DNA of 64,000 nt, taken from NCBI RefSeq assembly GCF_009834535.1, contig NC_045696.1, positions 94,862,001 to 94,926,000 of the forward strand. The letters are read 5' to 3'. Source of the stretch: Camelus ferus. Its lineage: Eukaryota. Positions 39,721 to 52,119 of this stretch are shown piece after piece. Numbering within the stretch: position 1 is the first letter of the stretch; the number at the start of each line of letters is the position of its first letter. The position numbers and the translations under genes were made by a program. The notes below the pieces were generated by a model. The model did no database searches. It saw only the letters and a program-made list of their open reading frames with translations, and was not told where the DNA came from.

Positions 39721-41230
39721 GAGGCGGGAAAGCCCCTGAATAGAAATAACTTTGTGGTATATCCAAGGGAATGGCCTGGGCGAGCTCACAGAATGCCCCA
39801 TGCCAGCCTCATACCCCAGCAGTCCGATGCTATTATTCCGAGAAGGGCATGGTATCTGCTCACAGAGCCAGAAATGAAGGGCTCATGGGAATGGCAACAA
39901 GGAGTGACTGAGCACTGCTGCACAGACACAGGCTTGCTCATGAGTGTCAGTGTTGAGAGATGACAGCGTGGCCTTCTTGGCCGAAGAGATGAAGAGATGC
40001 CCTTCTTTCATCCATTAAACTTCTTTATGGATTTAAGTCACAGCTTCAAGGAGAAGGGCAGAGGAACTGAACAAAGTGAAGTTAAATTTCTGCCATATTA
40101 GCAGAAGAGAGACTCATGAAAATTAAGCTGAGGTATAGAAAAATAAGTGGAGTAATATTTCTTGCACAGGGGCCTTTGAGTCTTACACTTTATCTTCATG
40201 CCTTTTTAAAAAGAATATGTACTTTTCTGCTTCCCTTTCCAACAACATCCTATTTCAGTCAGAATCACTGCCATTATTCCTGATTCTCCAGATGGAATCT
40301 CAGTCATTTTTGACTTTTCTTTTTCTCATCTCTGTTTTATTCATAAAACATTATTTCTTCCTACAAAATATTTTATGCCTCTGCCTCAATTTACCACACC
40401 ATCATTGTCTGAATGTCTTGCTTAGAGCAACAGCATCTTTGCTCCTCTGCTGAATTCCCTATAATATCATTCCCTTAATTTAAAACTTACCATGGCTTTC
40501 TATTGTGTTCTGTAATGAATACAAACCTCTTTGATTATTCCTTCACAGTGTGGTTTTATTCTGCCTACTTAACCTTAATTTCTCTCATCCACTGAGCCAC
40601 AGTGAATCTATTTTTCTCCCTTCCTTCTACCTAAGTCCATCCTCCTCCCAATCTGCTGACTTTGTTCATTTTTCCTTTATGTCCCCACTCTCACATAAAA
40701 AGCAAGCCTGACATACTTTCCCTTCTTGCTCCTGAATATTAAGTTCTATTCCACCTTTAAATCCAACTTTGTAACATTTGCCTCCCTGAATATACATTCT
40801 CAGTCTACTCTAGTTCAACTGAAATTCTCTTCTCTGTGAAATCCTATTATACTGAGAGCTTCTTGATAGAATTTATCAATTAACTATTCTCCATGTGAGA
40901 TTTCTTTTTGGTGCCAACTAAATGCCTTCTAGATGCTTGGCACTGTTTTGAAGGCAGAGGTTATAATAATAGAAATATTTAGCCATGATTAGGCACTGAC
41001 TTTAACCAGTCTGAATGGGCATCTGGCCAATCATCCAGTACCCTGTACCTGTACATATCATTGAATATCATCCCTGGTTGAGGATACACTATCTGTTCGT
41101 AAATCAGCTCCACCCTAGCGTGTACCCCTACCCTGGCCACACCTACCTAAGGACAAAAAAAGCCAAAGCTGTAATTGTGAGAGAGAGCACTGCATCAGCA
41201 GCCCCACCCCAACTGTAGTCTGTCTTAGGC

Positions 41231-41861
41231 TGTTCAGGTTATCTATTGCTGTATAATAAACTACTGCCCCTAATTCACAAATAACCACAATTTTATTTTC
41301 TGCATCCATTTTGTGGGTCAGGTTTTCACACAAGTCTCAACAAAGATGGGTTGTCTTTGCTCCATGATGTTGAAGGCCTCAGCTAAGAGCCAAGCAGCTG
41401 GAGGGACTAGAGTGGCTGGGTGTTTGAATCATTCTCTTCATGCACATGTCTGGTGCCTGGGCTGGTATGATTTGAATGGCTAGAAGTTTCTGGGTTCTCA
41501 TTCTCTCTCTCTCTGACACACACATGCACACACGCACGCACACCCCTACTTCCTACTTCTCTTTTCAGAGCCTTATCATGTAACCTCTCCCTGAGGCCTC
41601 TCCAGCATGTGGCCCCAAGGTAGTCAGCTTTGTATATAGTAACTTGAAGCTCTAAGAGAGAATGTTCCAATCAAAGCTACTCAGCCTTTTATGATCTAGC
41701 CTTAGAAGTCACAGTACATCATTTCTGTCATATTCTGTTGGTCAAAACAACCACAGACCCTCTCAGATTCAAGAGGAGGGATCATAGACCCCAATTCTTA
41801 ATGGAAAGAAATGCCAAGGAATTTGCAGTCCTCCCCCCCTTTTTTTTGAAAATCCACCACA
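41231..41861 (-). mobile_element. MLT1G/H-like solo LTR
   Basis: atctattgctgtataataaa...tgtgggtcagg...cacatgtctggtgcctgggctgg...tatgatctagccttagaagtcaca...cagattcaagaggaggg...ccaccaca. Confidence 0.82.
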
Positions 41862-42199
41862 CATGCTCTTGATCACTGCCTGAAGGCAATCTATTTCTGT
41901 CTTCCCTGTTTCCATCCATCTAAGGACAATCTGTCTAGACTATGGGGAAACTTACTGTTAAAGTTCCTATTTAAATATCAGTTATTTCCATCCTGGGATC
42001 CTTCTACAACTTGCCTTCTTTATCCTCATGATCTAGTGTGACCTCCTGGGTACATGTTTGCTTGTCATCAAATTTTTCTTCTCCATCCAGTTTATCCCCC
42101 TCTTCTCCCACTTCTGCTCTCTCCTGACCACGTTTCCTACCACCCTGCCCTTTTTTTTTTTTCCTGTGTATTCTAGAGAGACAACTCTTTCCAAAGAAA

Positions 42200-43250
42200 C
42201 TTCTATACCCTCAACCTCCTTTTACCAAAAGCTGCTGACAACTCCCCAGTAAAATAATCCGCTCACTCTTTTTCACAGTAGAAGCCATTTTTTCTGTCTC
42301 ACGACTCTTAACACACCAGAAAAGTGACAGGCATTCGCCTAGATCCCCACTGCTTCTTAACATTATTCTCCACTGCCATGTAAACCTCTCTTTTGAGAGT
42401 AATGCCGGCTAATCTTGCTAGCTGCCCCCTTACTCAGTGCTCTTATCCCCCAGTTTTCAAATCAGTTTCCTCCACAACTCCTACAGTCTTCCTGTCAGTC
42501 AGTGACCCATCCAGTGACCTAGCCTCACAATTTTGGCTTTCCTCCACTGTGATGGCTTTACCACCATTCAGCCCCACTAAAGACAGCCAGTCCTTCCCTG
42601 GACTCTCCCTTCTCCTTTGCCCCATCGATGTCATCCATCTTCCAGTTTCCCCAAGGACGTTGTTTCCCCTGCCATTACCAAGCAGTCTCTGTTTATACCT
42701 TTTCCATCTCTAATCTCTGCCTTCTCAAAATACTCGCCTCTTTTCCTCAATATCATCACCTAAACACTTCTTGGGTGATGAGTAATCATTGCTATCTTAA
42801 TGGTTTAAAAGTGCTCGCAATTAAACACGAATGCTTTCTAGTTTCTAAATCCAACAGACTCTTTATGGCCTTTTCTGTAAAAATGGATACAGGTACCTCT
42901 TTCCTGAAATTCCCTTCTGAGACTGCTTTCTTCAGGAGGCTGTCCGAGTTCTTCTTTGGCTTCACTTCTTCCTGCTCAGTACTCTTCTCTGTCCGTCCTA
43001 CCAATGCCGGTGTTGATTATGGTTCATTCCGCCATCCCTTTGCCGGCCTTTTTTTCTCCCTTGTCTGCACACGCTCCCTGGGTGACTTTTCCTTAGTTAC
43101 AGGTATCATTTGCACGTGGAAAATTCCCAGACCTCTGTCTCGTGCTATAGCCCTGGAATGGCCTTTGCAGTGACATATGGTACCTCTCCAACCAGATGTC
43201 TTCTAAGTATCTCCAACTTAGCAAGCATTGCAGTCTTCTTCTCTACCACC
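42200..43250 (+). mobile_element. L2 internal remnant
   Basis: Pyrimidine-rich L2-like blocks (tttctaaatccaacagac; ctccctgggtgact...tcccagacct). Confidence 0.45.
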
Positions 43251-44177
43251 CCGTCCTCCCATACTCACTATGGGGAGTCATTACTAAAACGTAATTCGCA
43301 AGTAAAGAAGTAATAATGGTGGTGATTGATTTTAAAAGAAAAAGAAAATGTGAACTTTTCTGTCTCTGTGCTGCTAAGCTGTCTCAGGCAGGCAGAATTT
43401 CTTGAAGTACAGGCTGGATGCTGATTGTCACGACCGATATCTCCCAGGATAAGCAATTCTTAACAGCTCCTCTATCTTGCTGAAAATGCCTTTCAAGAAT
43501 GTCTCTCTTTGTTCTTGTTTTAAGCTCTGCAGGCAACTTTCTGATACATAATTAGATTAAACAAAAAGGGAGATGTCTGTTACTCTGACTGGGATATAGC
43601 CGTTGTATACTCATAAAGTGACATTCTGGTTGGTAAATGATCCTCTTGTCAGTTGGCTTGGTGTGAGTCAGTGCCTGAGAGTTGGTGAACTCTAGGTGAA
43701 CTGTTGAGATCAAGTTTCTAGATCTGCAAAACTGAAGACCAGGCTCTGGACTGTGGTGACTGAAAATAGACCACAAGCCTGAAGGTGAGACCCAGCTAAG
43801 GAGGTCAGCAGACCGTTCTTGTGGATATATTTTTAGGTGTACATACTTGGCCTTATATCTATTTGTCCCACACAGCGAATGTCATCGTACAAAGCATCAA
43901 AAAGTTGAATACTTGCTTGCTATTTGACAACAGATATTTAATGTGAAAAAGAGCAATTTTAAATGGACTCAATCCCATAATGTGAATTTCTAGGAGACCC
44001 ACTCTCAATCCCATGGTGTGTTGTCACAAAGCCTCCACGGCATGAAACAGAATCAGAAATTTTAATATCTCTATTAATAGAAATATTAATACTTGTATTA
44101 TTAAAAACAGAAACAGCAATAACAACAACAAAATGGCATATGGAGTGGCAAAACCTTAGCAGCCTCAAGAACAGTAT

Positions 44178-44385
44178 ACCTGCCATTTACAGAGTGTTTA
44201 TTACATGATAGGTGCTTTGCCTGTTTTATTTTGTTTCATTCTCCCAACATCCTATGAGCTGCAAATTATTATGCCTAGCCAAGAGGGTTTAGGTAACTGG
44301 CCCAGGCTACACAAATAGTAAATGGCGAAGATCGATTCAAACCTAAGGCATTTTTATTTCAAAGCCAGTGCTCTTACACATAGTG
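44178..44385 (-). mobile_element. MIR SINE
   Basis: ccatttacagagtgtttatta...tctcccaacatcctatgag...aggtaactggcccagg.tacaca...gattcaaaccta. Confidence 0.75.
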
Positions 44386-44704
44386 GACATTTGCTATTTT
44401 ACTGTTAACTGTTCAAACCAGAGGAGATAGTATGAAGAGTTAAGCTGTCAAAGTTTACATAAATCTCAGTTTCAGTTACACTATCCTTAACTGCAAATAA
44501 CCACCCTTAGATGTCATCTACATCCTGCCTTAATAATTTGTTTGGGAATTCTAAATGAAATCTTCAGAAGAAGATAATTAAAAAAAAAAAGAATGCATGT
44601 AACAAAATTAACAACTAAGATTCTTTGTGTTTATTTAAAAATAGTTTTGAAAAATAATCTCTCATGCCCTATTCCATAACTCCATGCCTACTCTGATGAG
44701 TATA

Positions 44705-44946
44705 GTGTAGTTTTGAATTTTTGACCAGATCCTCAGTAAGAAATCAAATGTCCACTGTGACCCAGGATGTAAGTACATACATGTGTTTTGTGTATGAGTG
44801 TGTGTGTGTATGTGTGTCTGGAGTTAAAAATCACAGTCTTATTCACTGAATTAGGGACTCTGATCTATTCTGCTTCATTATGTAAACGAGCACGTATCAT
44901 AACCAGACCCACTGATGGGTCAAGATCTACAGTTTGAAGATCTCTG
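44705..44946. mobile_element. MER119-like hAT-Charlie element
   Basis: End motif cccactgatgggtcaagatctacagtttgaagatctctg, with an internal TG tract. Confidence 0.5.
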
Positions 44947-46493
44947 GGATGTAGGAGGAATATTCTAGTAGAAGTGAGAACCCTCAGTTCTTTGCTAGTT
45001 CTTCCTTTGAACATGAAAACGTTACTCTCATGAGCAAACTGAGGTAATGGAATTGGAACATCTCCAAGATCTCTTTCAGTTTTAACCTAATCATCAAGGA
45101 GTTTCCACCTTCATGCAGGTGATCTCCCCTCATCTGGTAATCAGGGAAGATGGTGCATTTTCCCCCTCCATGCAGTACTGACTGCTCCCATGTGTCTCTC
45201 ATCCCCCACCCCCTTACCCACATCCATTTCCAAGGGGCTGCAGTGCTGTCAGCTGCTCAGCCCAGGGGCCTGACTCCATCCACAGCTGTTGTTTGGATCA
45301 TCAATCCCAGAAACCCTGCTGGCTGGGGATGTTAGTCCCCAAGTTCCACCCCAAAGCCGTATAACCCCACAGGGCTAAAGCAAGTAAGCACAGTATTAAT
45401 ATTAACACAGATTTCTCATGACGTATGTTGTATGTTTAATGGCCCATCCATCAGACTTCTAAATCACAACAGATCTACTTTGAATTTAGGACATGCTTTT
45501 TGCATTTGGAAATGTAAACTCTGACCATATTTAGGCAAAATTCTAAACCTTCTGAAAAGAAAATATAAACTTTCCAGTTCATTAAAGTAAAGAGGGAATT
45601 TAAACACAGTATATTTAGAGAGAAGTTTCTTAGACTGTAATGCCAAAGTGATTTTGAAAATCACAAGGTGCTCAAAGCTTTATGGTAAATTCTTCTTAAA
45701 TAAGAAAGATAATTATCTGTATAATTTCTGTGTATGCACTAAATAAACATACACACACAGGTACATACATGTACAGCCACAAACCTCTACCAAAGCTGAT
45801 GTTAATAAGAAAGTGTTCCTGATTGGTGAAGTCTGGATAGTACAGCCAATTAAAGAATTAAAACTGACACGTATCTTAGGGGCTGCAAGAGATATGCATT
45901 TTTCCATCCACAGGATTCTGGATAGAGTACCTATCTCAGTAGACAACCAAAAAATCCAATGTGGGACCATTGTGCACTTACCTTTGCCACTGAGGGGGAA
46001 AGGGTAGAAGTGCTTTAAGCATGTGTCCATTCCATGTACACTTTGCACTGCACAGCACCGTGTATTTATATATATATTTTTTAATAAACTTGAGAGAAGC
46101 AGGCAACGTAGGCTAATAGATAAACAGAAACCACAAAGGATTATTAGAATGACTACCTCCGTGGATTAAAAATTAGTGGAGCAAAGATTATAGCTAACGT
46201 TTTACACACAGAACACTAGTATGAGAAATACGTATTAAGATTGTGTTCCATATTTTCCTCTAAGAATTAAGTTCCTAATAATTAAATATCAAATAATGAT
46301 GATCTTATCAATTATCTTGCACTATCTAACACTTCACATTTTACAGTCCAGGCTACACATTGAGATGCCTGTGCTAATTCAGTACCTCCAGTAGTTTTTG
46401 CCAGTTGGTGTAACAGTACATGTCAAAATTTGAGGAAATTTGTAACAATTAATTCTATAATAACATAGAAGCCATCAGACTGCATTTCAGAGT

Positions 46494-46499
46494 TTTATT
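46494..46499 (-). terminator. P2RY1: Candidate distal polyadenylation signal AATAAA
   Basis: The minus strand reads AATAAA-ACTCTGAAATGCAGTCTGA-TGGCTTCTATGTTATT, a hexamer followed by a U/GU-rich element. Confidence 0.5.
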
Positions 46500-46611
46500 G
46501 AGTTTTTTCAGTTTTAATTATCTATGATAGCTACAATTCTAATGACCATGATTATATCAAAGCTCTGCTGTTATTTTCAATAGCAGATACAAAGTTGGCT
46601 GCCATGCCTTA

Positions 46612-46612
<1 letters not shown>

Positions 46613-46650
<38 letters not shown>

Positions 46651-46652
46651 AC
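46613..46652. repeat. (AC)16 plus interrupted extension; reads (UG)n in the candidate P2RY1 3' UTR
   Basis: Direct reading. Confidence 0.95.
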
Positions 46653-49587
46653 TAGAAGTTACAGATTCCTGCATGCAAACTTATAGGAAATGTACATTCC
46701 TTTTATAATACAATTATGCACAATTAGTCTGAAATTTGTTAAACTATACCATTGATGTAGATAAACCTGAGAAAGCTCAAAATGTCAAGTAACACTGTTT
46801 CCATACTGCTCATTCAATGGCACTATTAATCACAAAGAAATCTAGTTCAATGATCCACCATGAAAATCACAGATAATATAAAAATAAACATTTTTTCAAA
46901 ATCACTAAAACATACCAGAATTCAAATTCACAATTTTTGATATGTAACATATATTCCCCTTCGTATTAATTTGTAATGATGTCTATAATGCAGTGTACAA
47001 CAGAATTAAAAATTTTTAACAGGATTCAGCAGCCAAATAATACACAGTTATCACTGTAAAACTTGGACCTAAAGTTATCAAATGTACAAAGAAAACATTA
47101 AAGTTAGCAGTGTTGGATTGCTGGTAGTGTGTTACTTAGAAACTCCATCTCAAAGAAATTAAGATTACACTATTTCATCTTAAGAAGAAACGGTAACATA
47201 AGCATTGAAGCAGAATTGAACACAGTAACTGATTACACCAGCTGCCTCTTTCTCTCCCCATCTCCCTGAAGTATTTCCTTAAATTCTAATGTTGTATCTG
47301 CAATGTCCATCCCACCAGACTTCTAAAACAGCTACTCTGAGTTTAGGACAAGCCTTTTGCATTTGGAAATGGGAAACTCTGACTGTATTTGGGGACACAA
47401 TTTTAAGCATGTTGAAAAGACAATACAGACTTTTCTATAATATTATATAAAATGTAGACAATACATTTTTGTATTTACTATCGATTTTATGACAGTTTGA
47501 CACCAACTTGTGTCTATATAGAAAGCACCCTAAATAAAAAGATAAACGTGCAAAAGCATTTCTAGAGAAAATTAATCACTTATATCACAAAAAAAGATTA
47601 GATTAAAAAATCTGAAGACTTAAACATTTCAAGATACTGATATTTGAAAAGCATCATAATATACAGGAACTCTATTATGTATCATATATTATGTAAAATA
47701 CACCAGTGTGACATATTAATATTATACATTGTAATAAATATAATTTACATTGGTATGTTGGATCTTTCAAGAAAGTTTTTCAGTCTGTACAACTGAAGGA
47801 CTATGAGCTTCATCAATAAATACTATCATAATAGTTACAATTTGACCAGCAAAGTTAAAGCTTCACTATATCTCTAACTAGTTACACATCTTTATTGTCA
47901 CTAGTCCAATTCCAGCTGCTGTAAGCACTGACATCTCTTGTTTCCAAAGGCAGTATAAGTGCACTGCCCCAAGGAGACTGAGAAAACTTACATTTCATAG
48001 CCATATCACAGTTGGTGAACTTTGTACGAATTTTCAGCCAAAGACTGGAACTGAAGAACCCTGGAAAATACAATAGCAGATTTCATGCACCTCTGGCTGC
48101 CTGTAGTTTTAATGCTTCACCACATTCCCTAAGGCTTCAACAGCTGGATGTCATCCAACCCTTTTAACTTACAGAGAGTGGTCTTGATAGGGTCAAGAGT
48201 TCCACAGCTGGCCGAGTGACAGTGTTATGGTTTTAACTCCAAATCCCACTCTCATGCTGTATCTCTTCTTGGTTTGTCTTTTTATTGTGTCCATGCAAAC
48301 ACACACTGATGTGCAAAGAGTCAAAGATGCCAGCGGATGAGCCATAAAATACCTTGATCTCAGCAGTCAAACAGTTTTGTAGTGTGTAATTTAGTTAACT
48401 GATAGGTTCTATAACTTTAGTTCTTCTTTTATCAACATGCCAGTAGATTTCTACGTTTATTATTAATATACCTACTTACATCCTATGTCATGAATCAGAT
48501 TTTCAGCCAATAGATCATCTTGACCCTCTGTATGTTTTCACCATTAGCAGACTCATCCCAGAGACCTATTTGTGCCTAGAAGGAGTTGGTCGTTCTTGTA
48601 ACTGTTTGGCATGCATCTGCATGTCATCATTGTCCACTATGTGATATATGAAGCTAAAGAAGAAACACTCTGGAAAAAGCACACCAAGAAGTAAAAGGGC
48701 ATTTCTAGTCACTGCCCACCTCCACATTGGATCCAAACTCCAAAAGAAGGTTCTCTGGAAGCTGAAACAATGTACTTAACACATACTGTAAACCAGGCTG
48801 GCATCCTCAGACCTAAAAGGAAGAACACTAAAGTAAATGGTGGGAAAATATTATAGAAATATGTACCATTAGCCTGCACATTCAAGGACGTTGTAAGCTT
48901 TGGCATTTCCATTTTGGCCAATTTAGTGTTATTACCCTTGTTGACGTTTGATGACGTTTGATGGGGTAATACATTCATAACATATCTTAGTCTTTTTCTT
49001 ATAGGATTCCACAACAGACAACACTGTAGGACTCTAACCAGATGAGAACCTAGCTCAAACTTCTCTTTCCTCAAAACAAGGAGATATAGGTAGGACATCT
49101 AACAGGTTTCTTCTTGATTTTGTTTCTATAATTCTGTGCAGTGACACTGAACATGTGACAAACTACCATGCCTTAGGAAGTTTAACAGCTTTTCTTCATT
49201 GGACCTAGTGGCCAAAGGCTGAGTAAAATGAAGCAAGTCTAGGGAAAAATTGAAGGTCTCACAAGTCTACACTCCACCCAGGAACAGCCAAGTACTGGAT
49301 CCCAGCTCTGACTTCCCTGTCGCCATGTCCCACAGGGCACTAAGGTTAACACCTTGAGACACAGCCCCAAATTGCTTTACATATGAAGTGCTTTCAAACA
49401 AGTTATTCCACCATCAGTTGCAGACTCTGATGTTGGCTTTGTTGGCATGTCTTCACAATTAAAAATTCCTTTGACATTGGGTTGATTTATTTGGTGTTGT
49501 AAATTGTGTTACTGTACCACATTATTCTGCATTATATACAATTTGATCATTTCAAGGCCTAGAAATGCAATTCAGTATTCATTAAAA

Positions 49588-49593
49588 TTTATT
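49588..49593 (-). terminator. P2RY1: Candidate proximal polyadenylation signal AATAAA
   Basis: TTTATT on the + strand ~1.4 kb after the stop. Further hexamers lie at 50759-50764, 49486-49491, 48456-48461, 48281-48286 and 47891-47896. Confidence 0.35.
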
Positions 49594-50994
49594 ATTAAAG
49601 GTACTGGAGTATTTTACAGATCTGTCGTTACCTCCTGGCAGACAGAAAATATAAAAGAAGACACTGACGGGGAGTCTTCTCTTAAACTATTACTAGTTTG
49701 ATTAGCAGCTTCTCCACCTTACTTTTTAGTGCTGTGGTACTTCAAGTACTTAAATTTAATTCTTCATATTTCCCTTTCCCATATATTTGGAGTCTTTTTC
49801 CTTCAGATATGAGGGTGTAAGATCCAGGAAAGCATCATAGTATGTCGTTCTATCAGCGCAGCCCATACAAATTCTGCCTCCTTTTTATATTTCCACTTAC
49901 TGTTTTCCAGCATTTGGAAGAAGCAAAAAAAGAGCCTTCACACCATGATTAATTTAAACTAAAGTCTTCATTTTAAAAATGGCTTCTCCCCCCTCCCCAT
50001 TGCCTTATACACGTGAGATTATGCTTGCAGGTGATGCATTAGGGATGACTTTCAGCCACTCTCCCTCAACTTGCTAACAGTTAATAAACTTTGGTCTGTA
50101 ATTTATCTGTGATTTTTAAAATTGTTTTTACAGATGTTAAGTGAGCATTTGTCCTGGAACACAATCACGCTGCTAAGGCCACTGCACAGCAGTGGTGCAA
50201 GTAAATGCTCTTTATCACAGGAAATCTTACACAGAGTTCATGGTGTTTACAAGGAAAGTACATGCACTCTGATTATTTTGAAGGTATTTTACTTGTAAGA
50301 TAATGTATGCAGGATTCCACCACCAAACAATTAGCACCCGACATAGAGTGAGCAGTTTTCTAGAAATAACTGGGAAACCATCACTTTTTTAGGCTTTTAA
50401 ATTCATTGACTTTACTTCTCCATTCAATTCTCCAAAGAAACTCAGCCAGCCACCACCTATACTTACAGGACCAAAAAAGACACTCAGCTAAAATCTGTTC
50501 ATCTGATACTGAATGAACCGAGTTTAGTGTTTTGCTGTACTCCACTAATTTGATAATGTGGAGTTTCAGTTTGTTCCCACCTCAGATTATTCAAAACATG
50601 AAAGACGAGACGAATCACAAATTCATGTTGCAGGTGGTCAGTTTTCTTGGAGAAAGTATTAATATCAAAATAGTTCCAGTACTCATGTGCACTTTAAACA
50701 GAAGAGCTTGTAAATTTTAAAGGCAGAAGAGAAAGTAAATGTTTAAGTAGGATATTATTTTATTTTACATACTCCTGGTTAGAAAGAAGGAAGTCCTTGA
50801 AAGCAAACCCAAACAAGCTAAGTGTGGGTGTAGGCATTTCCAGTTCTATTTTTTTTTTTTTTTGACTTACTGCTTTCTTAGTTTGAATTTTTTCTAAACT
50901 TACTAGAAACTTAAATAAAAGGGGAAAAAAGCACTCGGCTCTATTTAGCATCCTACCATGTTACAAAAGTGGGTGTTTGGGGATTCTGGCCTCT

Positions 50995-52119
50995 TCACAA
51001 GCTTGTATCTCCATTCTGCTTGAACTCGGATAAAATATTGAGGGTCATGTCTTCACTCTTGGATTGCAAATTTGCCTCACTTCTTCTGGAAGCTTTCCTG
51101 GTGGCTCGGGAGAGTCTCCTTCTGAAAGTATCTCCTGCCAAGAAATAGAGAATGGGGTCCACACAGCTGTTGAGACTTGCTAGACCTCTTGTCACCTGAT
51201 AAGTGGCATAAACCCTGTCATTGAAAGCACACATTCCTGGGGCCTGAAAATCCAGCCGGGCCCTCAAATTCATTGTTTTCATCACATGGAAAGGGATGTA
51301 AGACACAGCAAAAACAGTCAGTACAATAATCACCAGGTAAATGGATTTCCTTCTCAGAGGCGAGTTGTCCAGGTCTTTGTAAATCAAAGCTCTCACAATT
51401 AATCCGTAACAGCCCAAAATCAGCACCAAGGGGACACAGAACATGGCCACGGTCGTGCACATGCTGTAGATGAAATAACTTCGTAGGTACTCATCTGAGG
51501 TGGTGTCATAGCAGGTGATGGTTTTGTTTTTCCGGATCCCGGTGCCCGAGTAGAAGAGGATGGGGGAGATCACCACCACCACGATAAGCCACACCAGCAC
51601 GCTGATGTAGACCGCGTTCTTCTTCTTGAGCCGGCCCAGGGACTTGAGCGGGTACACCACCCCGCTGTACCGGTGCGCGCTGATGCAGGTTAGAAACAAG
51701 ATGCTGCCATACAGGTTCACGTGGAAGATGAACCTCTGCAGCTTGCACATGGCATCCCCGAAAATCCAGTCTGTCTTATTGAAATAGTAGAAGATGAGCG
51801 CTGGCAGGGTCAGCACGTACAAGAAGTCGGCCAGGGCCAAGTTGAACATGTACACGGAGATTCCGCTCCACGGCTTCATGTGGAAGACGAACATCCAGAT
51901 GGCCACGCTGTTGCCCAGGAAGCCGATAATGAACACCAAGATGTAGACAGTCGGCAGGTAGTAGAACTGGAAGCCTGTCTTGGTCAGTGCGCATTTGTAC
52001 GGGCCGGCGGCGACGGCGGCGGTAGAGGCGACTGTGCTGTTCCCCCAGGGCGAGCCCGGGCCGGCCAAGAAGGCAGCGTCCGTCCCGTTGGGGACCGCCG
52101 GCCACAGCACCTCGGTCAT
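50995..52119 (-). CDS. P2RY1: P2Y purinoceptor 1 (ADP-activated class A GPCR), intronless CDS, 374 aa
   Basis: The ORF starts MTEVLWPAVPNGTD and ends FKQNGDTSL. It has seven hydrophobic segments, the P2Y1-typical SAHRY (DRY variant) and DPILY (NPxxY variant) motifs, HVMKTMNLRAR in TM6, and the C-terminal PDZ ligand DTSL. Start context is GAGAGA-ATG-A (A at -3). Confidence 0.99.
   Translation of the reverse strand: MTEVLWPAVPNGTDAAFLAGPGSPWGNSTVASTAAVAAGPYKCALTKTGFQFYYLPTVYILVFIIGFLGNSVAIWMFVFHMKPWSGISVYMFNLALADFLYVLTLPALIFYYFNKTDWIFGDAMCKLQRFIFHVNLYGSILFLTCISAHRYSGVVYPLKSLGRLKKKNAVYISVLVWLIVVVVISPILFYSGTGIRKNKTITCYDTTSDEYLRSYFIYSMCTTVAMFCVPLVLILGCYGLIVRALIYKDLDNSPLRRKSIYLVIIVLTVFAVSYIPFHVMKTMNLRARLDFQAPGMCAFNDRVYATYQVTRGLASLNSCVDPILYFLAGDTFRRRLSRATRKASRRSEANLQSKSEDMTLNILSEFKQNGDTSL

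Larger units (their letters stand above)
46470..50994 (-). other. P2RY1: Candidate long 3' UTR of P2RY1
   Basis: About 4.5 kb of AT-rich sequence with no recognisable interspersed repeats directly after the stop codon, with several AATAAA on the minus strand. The end point is inferred. Confidence 0.55.

Noticed and set aside
42628..43173. 181-aa ORF
   Set aside because: Lies in pyrimidine-rich L2-like remnant sequence, and the translation has no recognisable motifs.
48942..48963. Short tandem duplications (tgacgtttga x2; also 1663-1684 and 38533-38554)
   Set aside because: Ordinary slippage events with no further structure.
51100..51700. Non-canonical HRY and DPILY motifs
   Set aside because: Normal for P2Y1 receptors, so not novel.
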